Shown: positions 40,061-50,677, counted from the first letter of the stretch. The stretch: 58,085 nucleotides of DNA from a virus (IMGVR_UViG_3300047199_000067:1-58085); one strand, 5' to 3'. Translations and numbers: made by a program. The notes: a model not told the origin generated them from the sequence alone.

Positions 40061-40073
40061 AGGAGGAGATACG

Positions 40074-41768
40074 ATGTCAGCCAAGAAAAGTTCAACCACG
40101 CTAAAGATGTTCATAACGGACGGGGGAGAGTTGTTTTCGGAGAAGGACTTAGCCCAGTACGCTATCCCGCAAAGCAAGCAGTTAGACCCAACGCCTCAAT
40201 GGGGTACGGATATCATAGCGCCGCCCTATGACCCCGTGAAACTGATGGCGTGGCTGGAGTCTAATGTCATACATAATAGCTGTGTGAGGCAGAAGGTTCA
40301 AGACAGCGTAGGGATAGGCTGGCATTTATCCGATGTCCAAAACGTCGAAAGCAAGAATGAGCATTATCAGATACTATATGGGTTTTTTAATAAGGTCAAT
40401 AATGGAGAGGATATTAATGCTGTATGCAAAAAGGTATTCCTGGACTATGAGGCGAACGGCAACGGGTGTATCGAGGTAGCAAGAGGAGTGGAGACAATAC
40501 CAGGAGTCGAGAAATACATAGCGGCGTTATATCACGTAAACTCGACCACAGTAAGGTGGCATAAAGATAAAGACAAGCTCGTGCAGATAGTCAACCAGAA
40601 GAAGGTCTATTTTAAGCCTTTCGGAGAAGCAAGGGTGCTGAATAAAGAGACGGGGGTATACGGCCCTGTGCCTTCGCCTGAAAAGGTTGCCAACGAGATG
40701 ATATACATTAGGCAGTACACGCATAAGTCGTACTGGTACGGTGCGCCTGAATGGCTGCCTGCCATATTCTCGATGTACGGGCAGATGAAAGAGCAGGAAT
40801 ATAACCTTGATTTTTTTGCCAATTACGGAGTGCCTGCGTATGCGGTTGTCATAACCAATATCGTAGTCAACAAAGACATTGAGAGTATGATAAAGAAGTA
40901 TTTTGAAACGGAAGTGAAGGGTAACCCGCATAAGACAATGGTATTCGGGCTTCCAAAGGGAGGAGAGGTCAAGTTCGAGAGGCTGTCCGTAGAGACTAAA
41001 GAGGCGTCGTTCAGGATATACAGGAGAGACAATAGGGATGACATCTTGACAGCTCATCACGTGCCGCCGTATAGGGTAGGTATTGTGCAACAGGGGCAGT
41101 TGGGCGGGAGCGTATCTGCTGATATGGACAGGATATATCTCGATTCCGTAATCAACCCGAGGCAGAAAGAGTTTGAATGGATAATCAACCAGCTTCTTGT
41201 CAAAGAAGGGTTCGGGATAGAAGGATGGCAGTTCAGGTTCGACGACATAGACATTGAAGATAGGAAGATGCAGGCGGACATAGACAATACGTATTTTAAT
41301 ATGGGGGTGCTGACGCCTAATGAAATGAGAAAGAGGCTTGGTAAGGCTACCTATGAGGGCGGAGACGATTACTATGTAACGGGGGCTATGATACCCGTAG
41401 GCAATGCGGTACAGCCAGAGGACAAAAGTATGCCCGATATAGAGGACTATATCAAGGATTTAGAGAAGGCGTACGAGCTGGGAGAGGAGATTAGCGACTA
41501 TAATCTATTCCTGGCGGAGCTTATTGAGAAGGGGGCTTATCATAGGGCGAGAGTGGTTGACCCTGGTAAGTTCCAGAGCGATTCATTAAGGACGATATGG
41601 ATAAGCCAGAATGAAGGGATAAAGGCTATTGTGGGCAGGCTCAAGAACGCGACAAAGACAACGATACAGGCGTACCTATTTGATAAGACGAAGTGGACAA
41701 CGGCTAAGGCTAAGCAATGGCTAAAAGACCACGACGTTAAAACGGTGGAGTTCGTGGAGGCGAGTTAA
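40074..41768 (+). CDS. Portal protein (PBSX-like) with C-terminal extra domain
   Basis: PPYDP, YG.PEW, FF.N.GVP, I..AH.VPP, G.LTPNE.R. Confidence 0.9.
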   Translation: MSAKKSSTTLKMFITDGGELFSEKDLAQYAIPQSKQLDPTPQWGTDIIAPPYDPVKLMAWLESNVIHNSCVRQKVQDSVGIGWHLSDVQNVESKNEHYQILYGFFNKVNNGEDINAVCKKVFLDYEANGNGCIEVARGVETIPGVEKYIAALYHVNSTTVRWHKDKDKLVQIVNQKKVYFKPFGEARVLNKETGVYGPVPSPEKVANEMIYIRQYTHKSYWYGAPEWLPAIFSMYGQMKEQEYNLDFFANYGVPAYAVVITNIVVNKDIESMIKKYFETEVKGNPHKTMVFGLPKGGEVKFERLSVETKEASFRIYRRDNRDDILTAHHVPPYRVGIVQQGQLGGSVSADMDRIYLDSVINPRQKEFEWIINQLLVKEGFGIEGWQFRFDDIDIEDRKMQADIDNTYFNMGVLTPNEMRKRLGKATYEGGDDYYVTGAMIPVGNAVQPEDKSMPDIEDYIKDLEKAYELGEEISDYNLFLAELIEKGAYHRARVVDPGKFQSDSLRTIWISQNEGIKAIVGRLKNATKTTIQAYLFDKTKWTTAKAKQWLKDHDVKTVEFVEAS

Positions 41769-42628
41769 TGCATTGGCTTGATAAGGGTAAGAGCGTAGCT
41801 GAACTGAAACTCATTAAGGGGTTTCAGAAAGATATGCATAAGGAATTTATGAGGCAATACAGGGCGACGATGAAGATGCTCGCAGGACAGGATGCCTTTA
41901 CTGAATTGTACCAATATGCGCAGGAGAAGCACCCTGATATCTATGAGAAGAAGGCGACCAGGAAAGACGTGAAAAAGGTTGACGCCTATTTTTATGATTG
42001 GGATAAGAAGGTAAAAGCGCAGGAGGGGACGGAGGAAGTTGTAAATAAATGGATACTGAAAGCGGGACAACTCGGCGGGCAGAGAGAGTTAAAGAAACTC
42101 GGAGTAGGGCTGTCTTTCAATTTGAAGAATAAAGAGGTTATAAAGGGATTGCTTGAAAGAGGGAAAAAGATTACGGGAGAGATAGCGGAACGGACTCTCG
42201 ATGATTTCAGGAGGACGATGGTCAATTCCTATATGGAAGTCGGGATGTCGCCTTATGAAGTCAGGGATAGGATTGGGGGTATGTTCGAGGAGACCTACAA
42301 GAACAGGGCGTTTACTATTGCCCGTACGGAGACGGCGGTAGCGCAGGGCGTAGCCGCGAGAGAGACGGACGAGAGGAACGGCATAACGAAGAAGAAGTGG
42401 ATGGCTCATATAGACGGCAGGACAAGATATTCTCATAGAAATTTGGACGGGACAGTTATCCCAATGGATAAAAAATTCAGGGCAGAGGATGAGAAGGGAA
42501 GGGTAGCGTATCTTGATTGGGCGCACGACCCCAGCGCTCCCGCACGGGAAGTCGTTAATTGCAGATGTGATGTGGAGGGGGTAGTAGACTTGAGAAAACC
42601 ATTTGAAGCAAAGTGGACAGGGCAATGA
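41768..42628 (+). CDS. MuF/SPP1 gp7-like minor head protein
   Basis: RA.TIARTET, K.W....D.RTR..H, NCRC. Confidence 0.88.
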   Translation: MHWLDKGKSVAELKLIKGFQKDMHKEFMRQYRATMKMLAGQDAFTELYQYAQEKHPDIYEKKATRKDVKKVDAYFYDWDKKVKAQEGTEEVVNKWILKAGQLGGQRELKKLGVGLSFNLKNKEVIKGLLERGKKITGEIAERTLDDFRRTMVNSYMEVGMSPYEVRDRIGGMFEETYKNRAFTIARTETAVAQGVAARETDERNGITKKKWMAHIDGRTRYSHRNLDGTVIPMDKKFRAEDEKGRVAYLDWAHDPSAPAREVVNCRCDVEGVVDLRKPFEAKWTGQ

Positions 42629-42658
42629 AGATAATTACTAATTTAGTATAGTGTATAT

Positions 42659-42994
42659 ATGGATAAAAGAAAAATGTCTAAAACACAAAAGCACAAGGCT
42701 AAAATAGCGACCGCTTTGTTGAATAATAAGAATGCTTTTAAGGGTGGCAGAAGGATTGGTTATAGTGGTTATGTTGAAATACGGGATAAGGATAGGGGTC
42801 GGAGCTATGTATATGAGCATCGTATTGTGATGTCGAAACATCTTGGTCGAGACTTAGAACCCTGGGAGTTTGTTCATCATAAAAATGGCGTTAGAACGGA
42901 TAATCGTATAGATAATTTAGAAATAGTATTTAGGAATAGACATTATGGGAGGGTAAGATGTCCGTATTGCCTACAAGAATTTTTAGTTCAATAG
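42659..42994 (+). CDS. HNH homing endonuclease
   Basis: YEHRIVM..HLGR.L...E.VHH.NG...DNR..NL. Confidence 0.88.
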   Translation: MDKRKMSKTQKHKAKIATALLNNKNAFKGGRRIGYSGYVEIRDKDRGRSYVYEHRIVMSKHLGRDLEPWEFVHHKNGVRTDNRIDNLEIVFRNRHYGRVRCPYCLQEFLVQ

Positions 42995-42996
42995 TA

Positions 42997-43251
42997 ATGA
43001 TTAGTACTTTATTAGTAATTGTAGGGTGTAAGGACATTGGAACGGAGGAGAGAGACTTAATCGTTGAGCATATCTATAGTTTGGAAAATAAGATAGATGC
43101 ATTGGAGGGTAAGCTCGGTGTTCTTATAAATAAAGAGGTTTTACAGACGGAGAGTAATACGAAACTACACGAGGAGATAGCGAATCTGTGTATTGTTTTA
43201 AAAAGTGTATTGGTAATGGACCAATATAAAAAGGAAGCCATTGAAAAATAA
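42997..43251 (+). CDS. Small coiled-coil protein, possible lipoprotein
   Basis: Hydrophobic N-terminus with IVGC. Confidence 0.35.
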   Translation: MISTLLVIVGCKDIGTEERDLIVEHIYSLENKIDALEGKLGVLINKEVLQTESNTKLHEEIANLCIVLKSVLVMDQYKKEAIEK

Positions 43252-43254
43252 AGC

Positions 43255-43290
43255 TTTACAAAAAGAAAGTTGTGCTGTATATTCGTGGTG
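43255..43290 (+). promoter_or_regulatory. Putative late promoter (head operon)
   Basis: TTTACA-17bp-TATATT; 13-mer TATATTCGTGGTG shared with 50107-50119. Confidence 0.55.
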
Positions 43291-43322
43291 GAGCTTCCTT
43301 GTATCAAGAAAGGAGGAGGCAA

Positions 43323-44489
43323 ATGCCTGAAGAGACGGCTCGGACTATCCGAATACCAGTCGCAGGAGAAGAAGGGAAACACGAGGGACATCAGATACGG
43401 ACAATAATGGTGTCCAGAGGACAGGGCGTCAAAGCCCTGTATTGTATTGCCTGCAAGAAAATTATCACTTATCTTTTTGCCAAGAATAAAGATTGGACAA
43501 TGTCGACGGCAAAAGATTGGGTGAGCGAACATACCAAACGTCTTGTCGAGACAAAAGAAATCATTATAGACCAGGAGAAAGAATTTATCAAACTTGCCGT
43601 TACATATACCGACGGAGAGACCGCCGTATATGAACCCAACTCGCCTTCGTTCATACTCAAAGAATATAAGATATATAATGAGACCCTTGATGACAGTGAG
43701 CATATTGTCAGGGTTAAGAAAAAAGAGGACTTCATAGACGATGTCTTTAAGAGGAAAGAACTGTCTGATAATGTGTACGGCATATACGGTATGATTGATA
43801 AAGAGAAGTCGGACAGCGCGTTGATGGAGTACCGTCTTGACAGTAAGGCATTTACTGTCGAGGAAGTCAAGCAATGGGTCAAAGACAATAACGTGTCTTT
43901 TATACTTTTTGAGGAGGCAAAGGCGATGGAGGACGATAAAAGAAAAAAGAAAGATGAAAGTAAAATTACCTGCAAAGGCTGCAATAAAGAATTTGATTGG
44001 GGTAAAGAGCCAGAGGTTTCGCAGGGTCTTGTAAAGTGCCCGTCCTGCGGGGCGAAGGTAGACCAGGAAGGGACTGTCGCTAAAGAAAAAGAACAGCAGT
44101 ACGATGTCAGCCAGGATACTCTTGAGATAGTAAAGTTCGATAAGCAGAAGAAACTTGTGTACGGAGTATTCCTTGTACCAGAGAAGGCTGACCACGACGG
44201 AGACGTTATCTCGGCGGAAGATATTGAAAAGGTAGCCCATAGGTTTATGGCTGACTACCGCAATATCGATGAAATGCACAAGGATATTATAGAGGCGGAT
44301 ATTGTAGAGAGCGCAATAGCGTGGGCGGACGATATGGACTTTCACGGAAAGACATTGACCAAAGGAACGTGGTTCGGAGCAGTAAAAGTCCACGACCAAG
44401 CGGTTTGGGATAAGATTGTAAGTGGTGAGTATAAAGGTTTCTCTGTCCGTATATCGGGCGTGAGAGAGCCAATTAAGAAGGAGGACTAA
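43323..44489 (+). CDS. XkdF-like prohead serine protease with two N-terminal repeat domains
   Basis: LVYG...P...D.DGD....E.IEK.AH.F, MH, VES, G.Y.GFS. Confidence 0.82.
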   Translation: MPEETARTIRIPVAGEEGKHEGHQIRTIMVSRGQGVKALYCIACKKIITYLFAKNKDWTMSTAKDWVSEHTKRLVETKEIIIDQEKEFIKLAVTYTDGETAVYEPNSPSFILKEYKIYNETLDDSEHIVRVKKKEDFIDDVFKRKELSDNVYGIYGMIDKEKSDSALMEYRLDSKAFTVEEVKQWVKDNNVSFILFEEAKAMEDDKRKKKDESKITCKGCNKEFDWGKEPEVSQGLVKCPSCGAKVDQEGTVAKEKEQQYDVSQDTLEIVKFDKQKKLVYGVFLVPEKADHDGDVISAEDIEKVAHRFMADYRNIDEMHKDIIEADIVESAIAWADDMDFHGKTLTKGTWFGAVKVHDQAVWDKIVSGEYKGFSVRISGVREPIKKED

Positions 44490-44490
44490 G

Positions 44491-45681
44491 ATGAGTCTAC
44501 CAGCTAAGAATAGATTAAGAGCGGATAAGGTTGATAGGCTCGCCATAGTTGACAGACCTGCCGTTCCAGATGCACAGGTAGTTTTATTTAAGAGAAGGAG
44601 CGACGAGGAGAATAAAAAGAAAGATATGGAGTCTTCCGATAAGGCCATTAAAGTCGAAAAGGCTGTGATGGACTTTAATCGGGAGTTCATATATCGTGCC
44701 ACGGCGGCGGCGGTTGGAGTGCTTGAAGAAGGCTACTGGCGCACGGTTTATAGCGATATAGCCGTTGGCGAGAGGAAGAAAGAGTGGAAGACGCTCTTTG
44801 GCGAGTTCAAAAGTGTGATGAGTGATGTGATAGCGGAGATTAGCCCTTCGGAGACTGAAAAAATAGAGAAGGCGGATACTCCCGAAGAACCCACAGTAAA
44901 GGATATGGTAGATGGATTCAAGCGAGGCTTGACGATGTCGGCTATATCTGATTCGTTCGAGTATTTCAGAGGACAGATGGGCTATCTGATGTTATCATTA
45001 CACGCTATGCCGAAAGGCAAGGACTTGTTGAACAAGGTAATAGATATGTTCGAGGAGCACGTGAGTGCGCTCGGAGCTGGAGTATTTTTGAAAAGTAAAG
45101 ACCAAATGACTGTAGAGAAAATCGGAAGGGTTATCTCTTCGGCTCGTTTGGCAAAACTGAAAGCAGCGCTTCATACCTTGTCAGAAATAATTATCGAGGG
45201 AGAGGCGTTTATGCGAGCAGAAAAAGGAAAGGAGGAGGACCAGATGGATATTCAAGAAGTCTTAAAAGCACTTGGAGAGTCCGACCTCTTTAAAAGTATC
45301 CAGAAGCAGTTGGATGCTATTACAGGGGTTTTAAAAGAAAAAGGTCTTCTTCTCACCGATGAAGAAAAAGCTAAAATAGCCGAAGTAGAAAAAGCGAAAA
45401 AGGACGAAGCTGAAAAGGCGAAGGCTGAGATAGAGAAGAAGCAGAAAGAGGAACAGGAAAAAGCCAAGAAAGACGCCGAAGAAGCAGAGAAGAAGGCTAA
45501 GGAAGCTGAGGAGGAGAAGAAGAAAAAGGACGAGGCAGTGAACGCTCGTCTTGAGAAAATGGAAAAGGGCTTTGCGGAGTTCGCAAAGAGGATGGGCTTA
45601 AAGACCTCATTAGAGGTTGAAGGCGACGGAAAATCTAATAAGGGTGGAGAAGACCCTTTCGGTAAAGCAGTCAGAGGATAA
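44491..45681 (+). CDS. Capsid scaffolding-like protein
   Basis: N-terminal VDRPA motif, long E/K coiled coil, immediately before the capsid gene. Confidence 0.65.
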   Translation: MSLPAKNRLRADKVDRLAIVDRPAVPDAQVVLFKRRSDEENKKKDMESSDKAIKVEKAVMDFNREFIYRATAAAVGVLEEGYWRTVYSDIAVGERKKEWKTLFGEFKSVMSDVIAEISPSETEKIEKADTPEEPTVKDMVDGFKRGLTMSAISDSFEYFRGQMGYLMLSLHAMPKGKDLLNKVIDMFEEHVSALGAGVFLKSKDQMTVEKIGRVISSARLAKLKAALHTLSEIIIEGEAFMRAEKGKEEDQMDIQEVLKALGESDLFKSIQKQLDAITGVLKEKGLLLTDEEKAKIAEVEKAKKDEAEKAKAEIEKKQKEEQEKAKKDAEEAEKKAKEAEEEKKKKDEAVNARLEKMEKGFAEFAKRMGLKTSLEVEGDGKSNKGGEDPFGKAVRG

Positions 45682-45711
45682 CTAAGTAATTTTTAGGAAG
45701 GAGGAAGGGAA

Positions 45712-46647
45712 ATGAATATAGAGAAAATTCTTGAGAAAGCCTTCACCTCTGGCGACCTTGCATCAGGTGGTTTATTGAATCCTGAGCAGTCGACGAAATT
45801 CGTGCAGGGGATTATCGATAACTCGGTAATCATCAAGGAATGTCGTCGTGAGCCAATGAAGGCAACGAAAAAGCAAATAGACAAGATAACATATACAGCC
45901 GCAATTTTGCAGAAACCGCCAGCTGTCGGGTCAGCACCTTCGAGTACCAGCAAGCCTACTACCACCAAGGTAACACTTGATGCGCAGGAAGCCCTTGTTG
46001 CCATCGATATCGGGTATGATTCACTCGAAGATAGTATCGAGGGAGCGGGTTTGATGGACACCATAATGGGGTTGACAGCAAAGCGTTTAGCGTTTGATAT
46101 GGATAATCTCGTCCTGCGTGGAAGCACAACGGGCGGTACAGGCGATTATCTGGAAATTTTAGATGGTGTCCTTAAACAGATTACCACTAACAAGTTTGAT
46201 GCGACAGGCGTAACTTTAAGCAAGGACGTGTTATTCGCAACATTGAAGAAGATGCCCTCCAAGTATTATGACGTAGAGACAGATTTCAGATTCTACGTAT
46301 CGCACTTGGCAAGATTGGATTATATCCAGTCCTTGGCGGTGTTAGGAGTCAATGAAGCGTTCGTCAGATATTTACTTGAAGCCAACGAACCGACCTATCA
46401 GGGAACACCTGTAAGGAAAGTTCCTGCTCTCGCAACATACGATACAGGCGGCAGCGTACTCGGCTCTGACGGTTTACTCATAAACCCGAAGAACATTATA
46501 TTCGGTATCCATAGGGATATAATGTACGAGTTTGACAGACAACCCAGAAAGAGAATAATCGAAGTAACGATTACGACCAGGGTAGACGTCAAGCTTGAGG
46601 AAGAGCTTGCTTCTGTGAAAATCGAAAAGATTAAGCATACCACTTAA
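45712..46647 (+). CDS. Major capsid protein (HK97 fold, XkdG-like)
   Basis: GGLLNPEQ..F, LED.IEG, DG.LK, NP.N...G..R.I; position and size. Confidence 0.88.
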   Translation: MNIEKILEKAFTSGDLASGGLLNPEQSTKFVQGIIDNSVIIKECRREPMKATKKQIDKITYTAAILQKPPAVGSAPSSTSKPTTTKVTLDAQEALVAIDIGYDSLEDSIEGAGLMDTIMGLTAKRLAFDMDNLVLRGSTTGGTGDYLEILDGVLKQITTNKFDATGVTLSKDVLFATLKKMPSKYYDVETDFRFYVSHLARLDYIQSLAVLGVNEAFVRYLLEANEPTYQGTPVRKVPALATYDTGGSVLGSDGLLINPKNIIFGIHRDIMYEFDRQPRKRIIEVTITTRVDVKLEEELASVKIEKIKHTT

Positions 46648-46668
46648 TAAGTGTTCGTGCTTTAAATT

Positions 46669-46700
46669 AAAAAAGGGCGGGCTTAATTGCCCGCCTTTTT
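46669..46700 (+). terminator. Intrinsic terminator after the capsid gene
   Basis: GGCGGGC/GCCCGCC stem flanked by A-run and T-run. Confidence 0.85.
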
Positions 46701-46717
46701 AATAAAAGGGGACAAAG

Positions 46718-48289
46718 ATGTTCAGCGGGAATGAAAGCCAGATTAAGATAGCAATGTTGAGGATAGGGGGCATTGGTGATGCATTAAATTTATCAGCACA
46801 AGCAACAGCGGTCAAGAGAAAATATCCTGACGCTCATATAACGCTCTTTGTCAGAGATATGGATTGTAAAGAAGTGGTCGACGGACATCTTGCCGTAGAC
46901 CACGTTGTCGTTATAGGGAGGGTTAAGTGGGAGGACGGGTTAAGCATTATACGACAAAAGAATTTTGACATTGTTTATGATAACAGATACGTAACGAAAG
47001 TTTATTATAAGGACGAAGCTCAATTCGCAGAGGATAAAAGACAGACCGACGAGGCGTTTAAGCCTTATAAAGATTTATATGAAGGGTTTCCGTTAACCAA
47101 TAATCAGGCGGGGAAGACAGGTAAGAGTTCCATAGAGTTGATGTTAGAGACCGCAGTCCTGGTGGGGGGAGAAGGAGATTTAGCCATATCATTATCGTTC
47201 GCTGATTGCAATATGGCGAAATTATTATATCAGGAAAAATATATAACTATACATAACGGAGCAGATGTAGGGCGGCAGACAAAGTGCTGGAGTACAAAAA
47301 AATGGAATGAGTTTAGTAAATGGTTATGTGAAAAAGGATATAAGGTCATACAGCTCGGCAGGAGGCAGGAAGAACCCGTTGATTCTACGACAGATATGCG
47401 TGGTAGAACATCTATAAAAGAAGCGGCAGCCCTTATCGGTGGGGCAAGATTGCATATAGATACGGAAGGTGGATTAGTCCATATTGCCAGAGCGGTAAAG
47501 ACAAGGTCAATAGTCCTGTTCGGTCCTACGCCAGTAAAGTTCTTTGGATATAAATGCAATGTTAATCTGATGGGAGAGAGCGACTGTAAGGAGTGCTGGT
47601 GGGAGAGCGATATATGGTGGCGTGAGTGTCCAAAAGGGTATCCTGCACCAGCGAAATGTATGGAAAGCATAACTCCTTATACAGTAGCCAAAGCGGTAGA
47701 GCAGGCAGAGACGATGCCCCCGCTGGAAGGCGGGTTCAACCCTGTTGATTATAACGAAGAATTTGCTATGGAACTTGCTCTTGACGGCGACCATTACAGA
47801 GGCGAAGCTCATCAGTGGGACAGAATTTATACAATGATGGCGAAGGTCAGGGGTAAAAAAGTTTTAGAAGTAGGGGCAGGAGACGGTTATTGTGTCGAAG
47901 TCCTAAAGAAACAGGGCTATGAGGTTAGTGCGACAGAGGTATCACAGGTAAGACTTGATAGAATGAAAAGGAGGGGTATAGATGCGGTATATGGGGATGT
48001 TAATGGTCTGCCTTACCCTGATAATTATTTCGATTCTGTTATCTGTGGAGAGGTGCTTGAGCATATTGATTCTATGGCGAAAGGTCTAAGTGAATTAGAA
48101 AGGGTTTGTAAAAAAGACGGGATAATAATTATATCGTTGCCTGTATCGCCAGAGATGAGACAGATTAAAATGCACAAGTGGGGCATAGGACACCACGAGA
48201 TTTTACGGGAAGGTAAAATCAGTATGGTGGTTCTTACATTAGAAAGGATAAACCGAGATGAAACGGGTAGTGATAATCGGCAAGGGTAA
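46718..48289 (+). CDS. GT9 (heptosyltransferase-like) glycosyltransferase fused to class I methyltransferase
   Basis: GGIGD, TKCW, DTEGGLVH.A.A, LFGPT; C-terminal VLEVGAGDG, EVLEH. Confidence 0.85.
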   Translation: MFSGNESQIKIAMLRIGGIGDALNLSAQATAVKRKYPDAHITLFVRDMDCKEVVDGHLAVDHVVVIGRVKWEDGLSIIRQKNFDIVYDNRYVTKVYYKDEAQFAEDKRQTDEAFKPYKDLYEGFPLTNNQAGKTGKSSIELMLETAVLVGGEGDLAISLSFADCNMAKLLYQEKYITIHNGADVGRQTKCWSTKKWNEFSKWLCEKGYKVIQLGRRQEEPVDSTTDMRGRTSIKEAAALIGGARLHIDTEGGLVHIARAVKTRSIVLFGPTPVKFFGYKCNVNLMGESDCKECWWESDIWWRECPKGYPAPAKCMESITPYTVAKAVEQAETMPPLEGGFNPVDYNEEFAMELALDGDHYRGEAHQWDRIYTMMAKVRGKKVLEVGAGDGYCVEVLKKQGYEVSATEVSQVRLDRMKRRGIDAVYGDVNGLPYPDNYFDSVICGEVLEHIDSMAKGLSELERVCKKDGIIIISLPVSPEMRQIKMHKWGIGHHEILREGKISMVVLTLERINRDETGSDNRQG

Positions 48290-48824
48290 TAATTGGGAGA
48301 AGTCCCCGCCGTTATGTACTTCGATGGCTCTTGATGATAGGTATGAGTGCTGGGGAGTGAATAATGTGTGCCTATGGAGACCCGTGGATTTGGTATTCAA
48401 TATGCACGACCTTGAAAAGCATAAAGACCATAAATTATTTAACAAGGTCATAGCCCACGTTAACGAGTATAAAATTCCGATGATATGCCAAGACCATTAT
48501 GAGCATATACCGACGTCAATGCGTTTTCCGATAGAGACTTTAAAGATAAAGTATTTTACGAATAGTATTGATTATATGGTTGCTTATGCCATAGTTAAGC
48601 AGATGAGGATGATAGATATATACGGAGTCGTGATGGGAGCAGATACCGAATACGATAAGCAAAGGTCGAGCCTGCATTTTTGGATTGGGATAGCTATTGG
48701 TATGGGGCTTGGTGTCAGAGTTAATGAGCCGACCTATTTATTAAAAGATACAAAGGGCTTATACGGATATGATTGGGACGACGAGGGAGAGGGGTTTGTA
48801 AAGTCCAGGGAGGAAAATCAATGA
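48258..48824 (+). CDS. Putative nucleotide-sugar-utilising protein (DUF115/sialyltransferase-like fold)
   Basis: V.IIG.G, WGVN, NS..YM.A.A, I.IYG. Confidence 0.45.
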   Translation: MKRVVIIGKGNNWEKSPPLCTSMALDDRYECWGVNNVCLWRPVDLVFNMHDLEKHKDHKLFNKVIAHVNEYKIPMICQDHYEHIPTSMRFPIETLKIKYFTNSIDYMVAYAIVKQMRMIDIYGVVMGADTEYDKQRSSLHFWIGIAIGMGLGVRVNEPTYLLKDTKGLYGYDWDDEGEGFVKSREENQ

Positions 48825-49020
48825 TGGATAGAATCCCTGTAATAGTTATAAGAGCACCGATAGGCGTGGACATATTAAGTATCTGGCAGGCTAATGATAT
48901 GGACGGCTGGTCGATAGAGGTACTCTATACAGAACACGGCAATATGAAAATGAAAACTATCAAGGTCGACGAGTGCAAACCGTTCGGCGAGGGAGAAGAT
49001 GAATCGAGGTCAAGGTTCTG

Positions 49021-49728
49021 ATGGGTAATGACGGAGTGGACATAGTCGTATTGAATTGTAATAATAAGGGCTATATTGAAAACTGTATCAATTCGATATT
49101 AAGATATACTCAAGGATTGATTAATCTTATAGTCGTTGACCAGGGTTCGACCGACGGTTCAAGAGAGTGGTTAAAGCAGAAAAAGATTTCGCATTTGATA
49201 CTCAATACCAAGAACGCAGGGGTAGGCGAAGGTCGCAATCAAGGGATAAAGGTCGGCAGATATTCGTGGGTATCTTTTATAGACAGCGACATTGAAATTA
49301 AAGACAGCGAGTGGCTGGATAAGTTATGGAATTATACGACGGACAGCGTAGGTTTTATTGAGGGGGCTATGTTCGAGAACAATGAAAAGCGATACGGCAG
49401 TATGGCTTTTAATCTTGTCAGGCGGGAGGTATTTAGGGAGGTCGGCTTATTCGATAAGAAGTTTTTTGTAGGAGAGGATTTGGATTTTTATGTAAGGATG
49501 GAGTGGGCTGGCTGGCAGGTGCAATATTGCCCCGATACAAATGTTATTCATTATGGCGGAGGCACGCTAAGGAAAGTTCTCGGTGATGAATACCAGAAGT
49601 ATGAACAGGAAAGAGATAAGTTATTATCTTATAAGTATTCATACAGTATGCTCAAGGAAATGTTATCAAAGAATATGCAGAGAAGAATAGAAGCAGAAAA
49701 GGTATTAAAGGAGGTGGCGTATGGGTGA
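49021..49728 (+). CDS. GT2 family glycosyltransferase
   Basis: VVDQGSTDGS, N.G...GRN.G, DSD, GEDLDF. Confidence 0.88.
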   Translation: MGNDGVDIVVLNCNNKGYIENCINSILRYTQGLINLIVVDQGSTDGSREWLKQKKISHLILNTKNAGVGEGRNQGIKVGRYSWVSFIDSDIEIKDSEWLDKLWNYTTDSVGFIEGAMFENNEKRYGSMAFNLVRREVFREVGLFDKKFFVGEDLDFYVRMEWAGWQVQYCPDTNVIHYGGGTLRKVLGDEYQKYEQERDKLLSYKYSYSMLKEMLSKNMQRRIEAEKVLKEVAYG

Positions 49729-50071
49729 TATGCCCTACAAAGTAGAAGTAGATATTGACCCGATGGAAATTACGGCAGAGGATTACGGGTACGATATCAA
49801 TTTTACAGTGAAGAAAGCGGATAACACGGCATTGTCATTAACAGGAATAAGTAAGGTCAAGTTTCAAGTCGTATCTGCGGACGATAGCAGAAGTATCCTG
49901 GATGTCGATTGTGTTGTTGTAGAGGCGGGTACAGGAAAGGTTAAGTATACGGTACAGAACGGCAATTTTAATAAAGCAGACCAATTTTTGGGCGCTCTGG
50001 AACTCCAATATACTACGAAGCGTATAACAACGAAGAAATTTTTTATGACTGTCAAGAAAAAATCTGCATAA
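49721..50071 (+). CDS. BppU-N-like Ig-fold virion protein
   Basis: D.G.D..F.......L.LTG, G.V.Y, beta-rich. Confidence 0.5.
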   Translation: MGDMPYKVEVDIDPMEITAEDYGYDINFTVKKADNTALSLTGISKVKFQVVSADDSRSILDVDCVVVEAGTGKVKYTVQNGNFNKADQFLGALELQYTTKRITTKKFFMTVKKKSA

Positions 50072-50083
50072 CATAAATTTTTC

Positions 50084-50119
50084 TTGCCTTTTATAAGAGT
50101 GTATGTTATATTCGTGGTG
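50084..50119 (+). promoter_or_regulatory. Putative late promoter
   Basis: TTGCCT-17bp-TATATT with TG extension; 13-mer shared with 43278-43290. Confidence 0.55.
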
Positions 50120-50159
50120 TGGGTTCACGGAGTGTCCAGACAAGAAAGGAGAAAGAGCG

Positions 50160-50618
50160 ATGAAATACAGTGATATTAAAGTCAAAGGGTTTGCTCGCAT
50201 CCAGCTTGTAGACCCCACAAATGGAAAGATTACTGGCGATAGCGGTTGGAGGAAGAATACCGTAGTTAATCTTGGATTCCAAGATTATATCGTCGGTAGC
50301 ATTGGTGCTATAGGTGGCAGCAAGTCCGTAGCATATATGGCTATCGGAACAGGCGGCGCACCAGCGGCAGGCGATACCTCACTTTCGGGTGAGACAGGCG
50401 CAAGAGTTACCACAAGTAACAGTGCCGTTGCATCAAAGACCTTACAGTGTACGGCCCAATTTGCAGGAAGCTCAATGGGTTCAACCTGCACAATACAGAA
50501 CGTCGCATTGGTAAATGTATCAAGCGGCGGAACGATTCTGTGCGGTACGACCTATGCCACTTCACAGTGGGCAAGCAACCAGAATGTAAACGCCACTTAC
50601 CAACTTCGCTTCTCATAA
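50160..50618 (+). CDS. Small beta-rich virion/fibre-associated protein
   Basis: N.VVN.G, YMAIGTG..AP.AGDT.L.GE pattern common in phage structural genes. Confidence 0.6.
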   Translation: MKYSDIKVKGFARIQLVDPTNGKITGDSGWRKNTVVNLGFQDYIVGSIGAIGGSKSVAYMAIGTGGAPAAGDTSLSGETGARVTTSNSAVASKTLQCTAQFAGSSMGSTCTIQNVALVNVSSGGTILCGTTYATSQWASNQNVNATYQLRFS

Positions 50619-50677
50619 TCGATATTTTGATTAAGAAGGAGTAGATAAGAGGTAGTTCCTTTCGACTGGACGAACTT

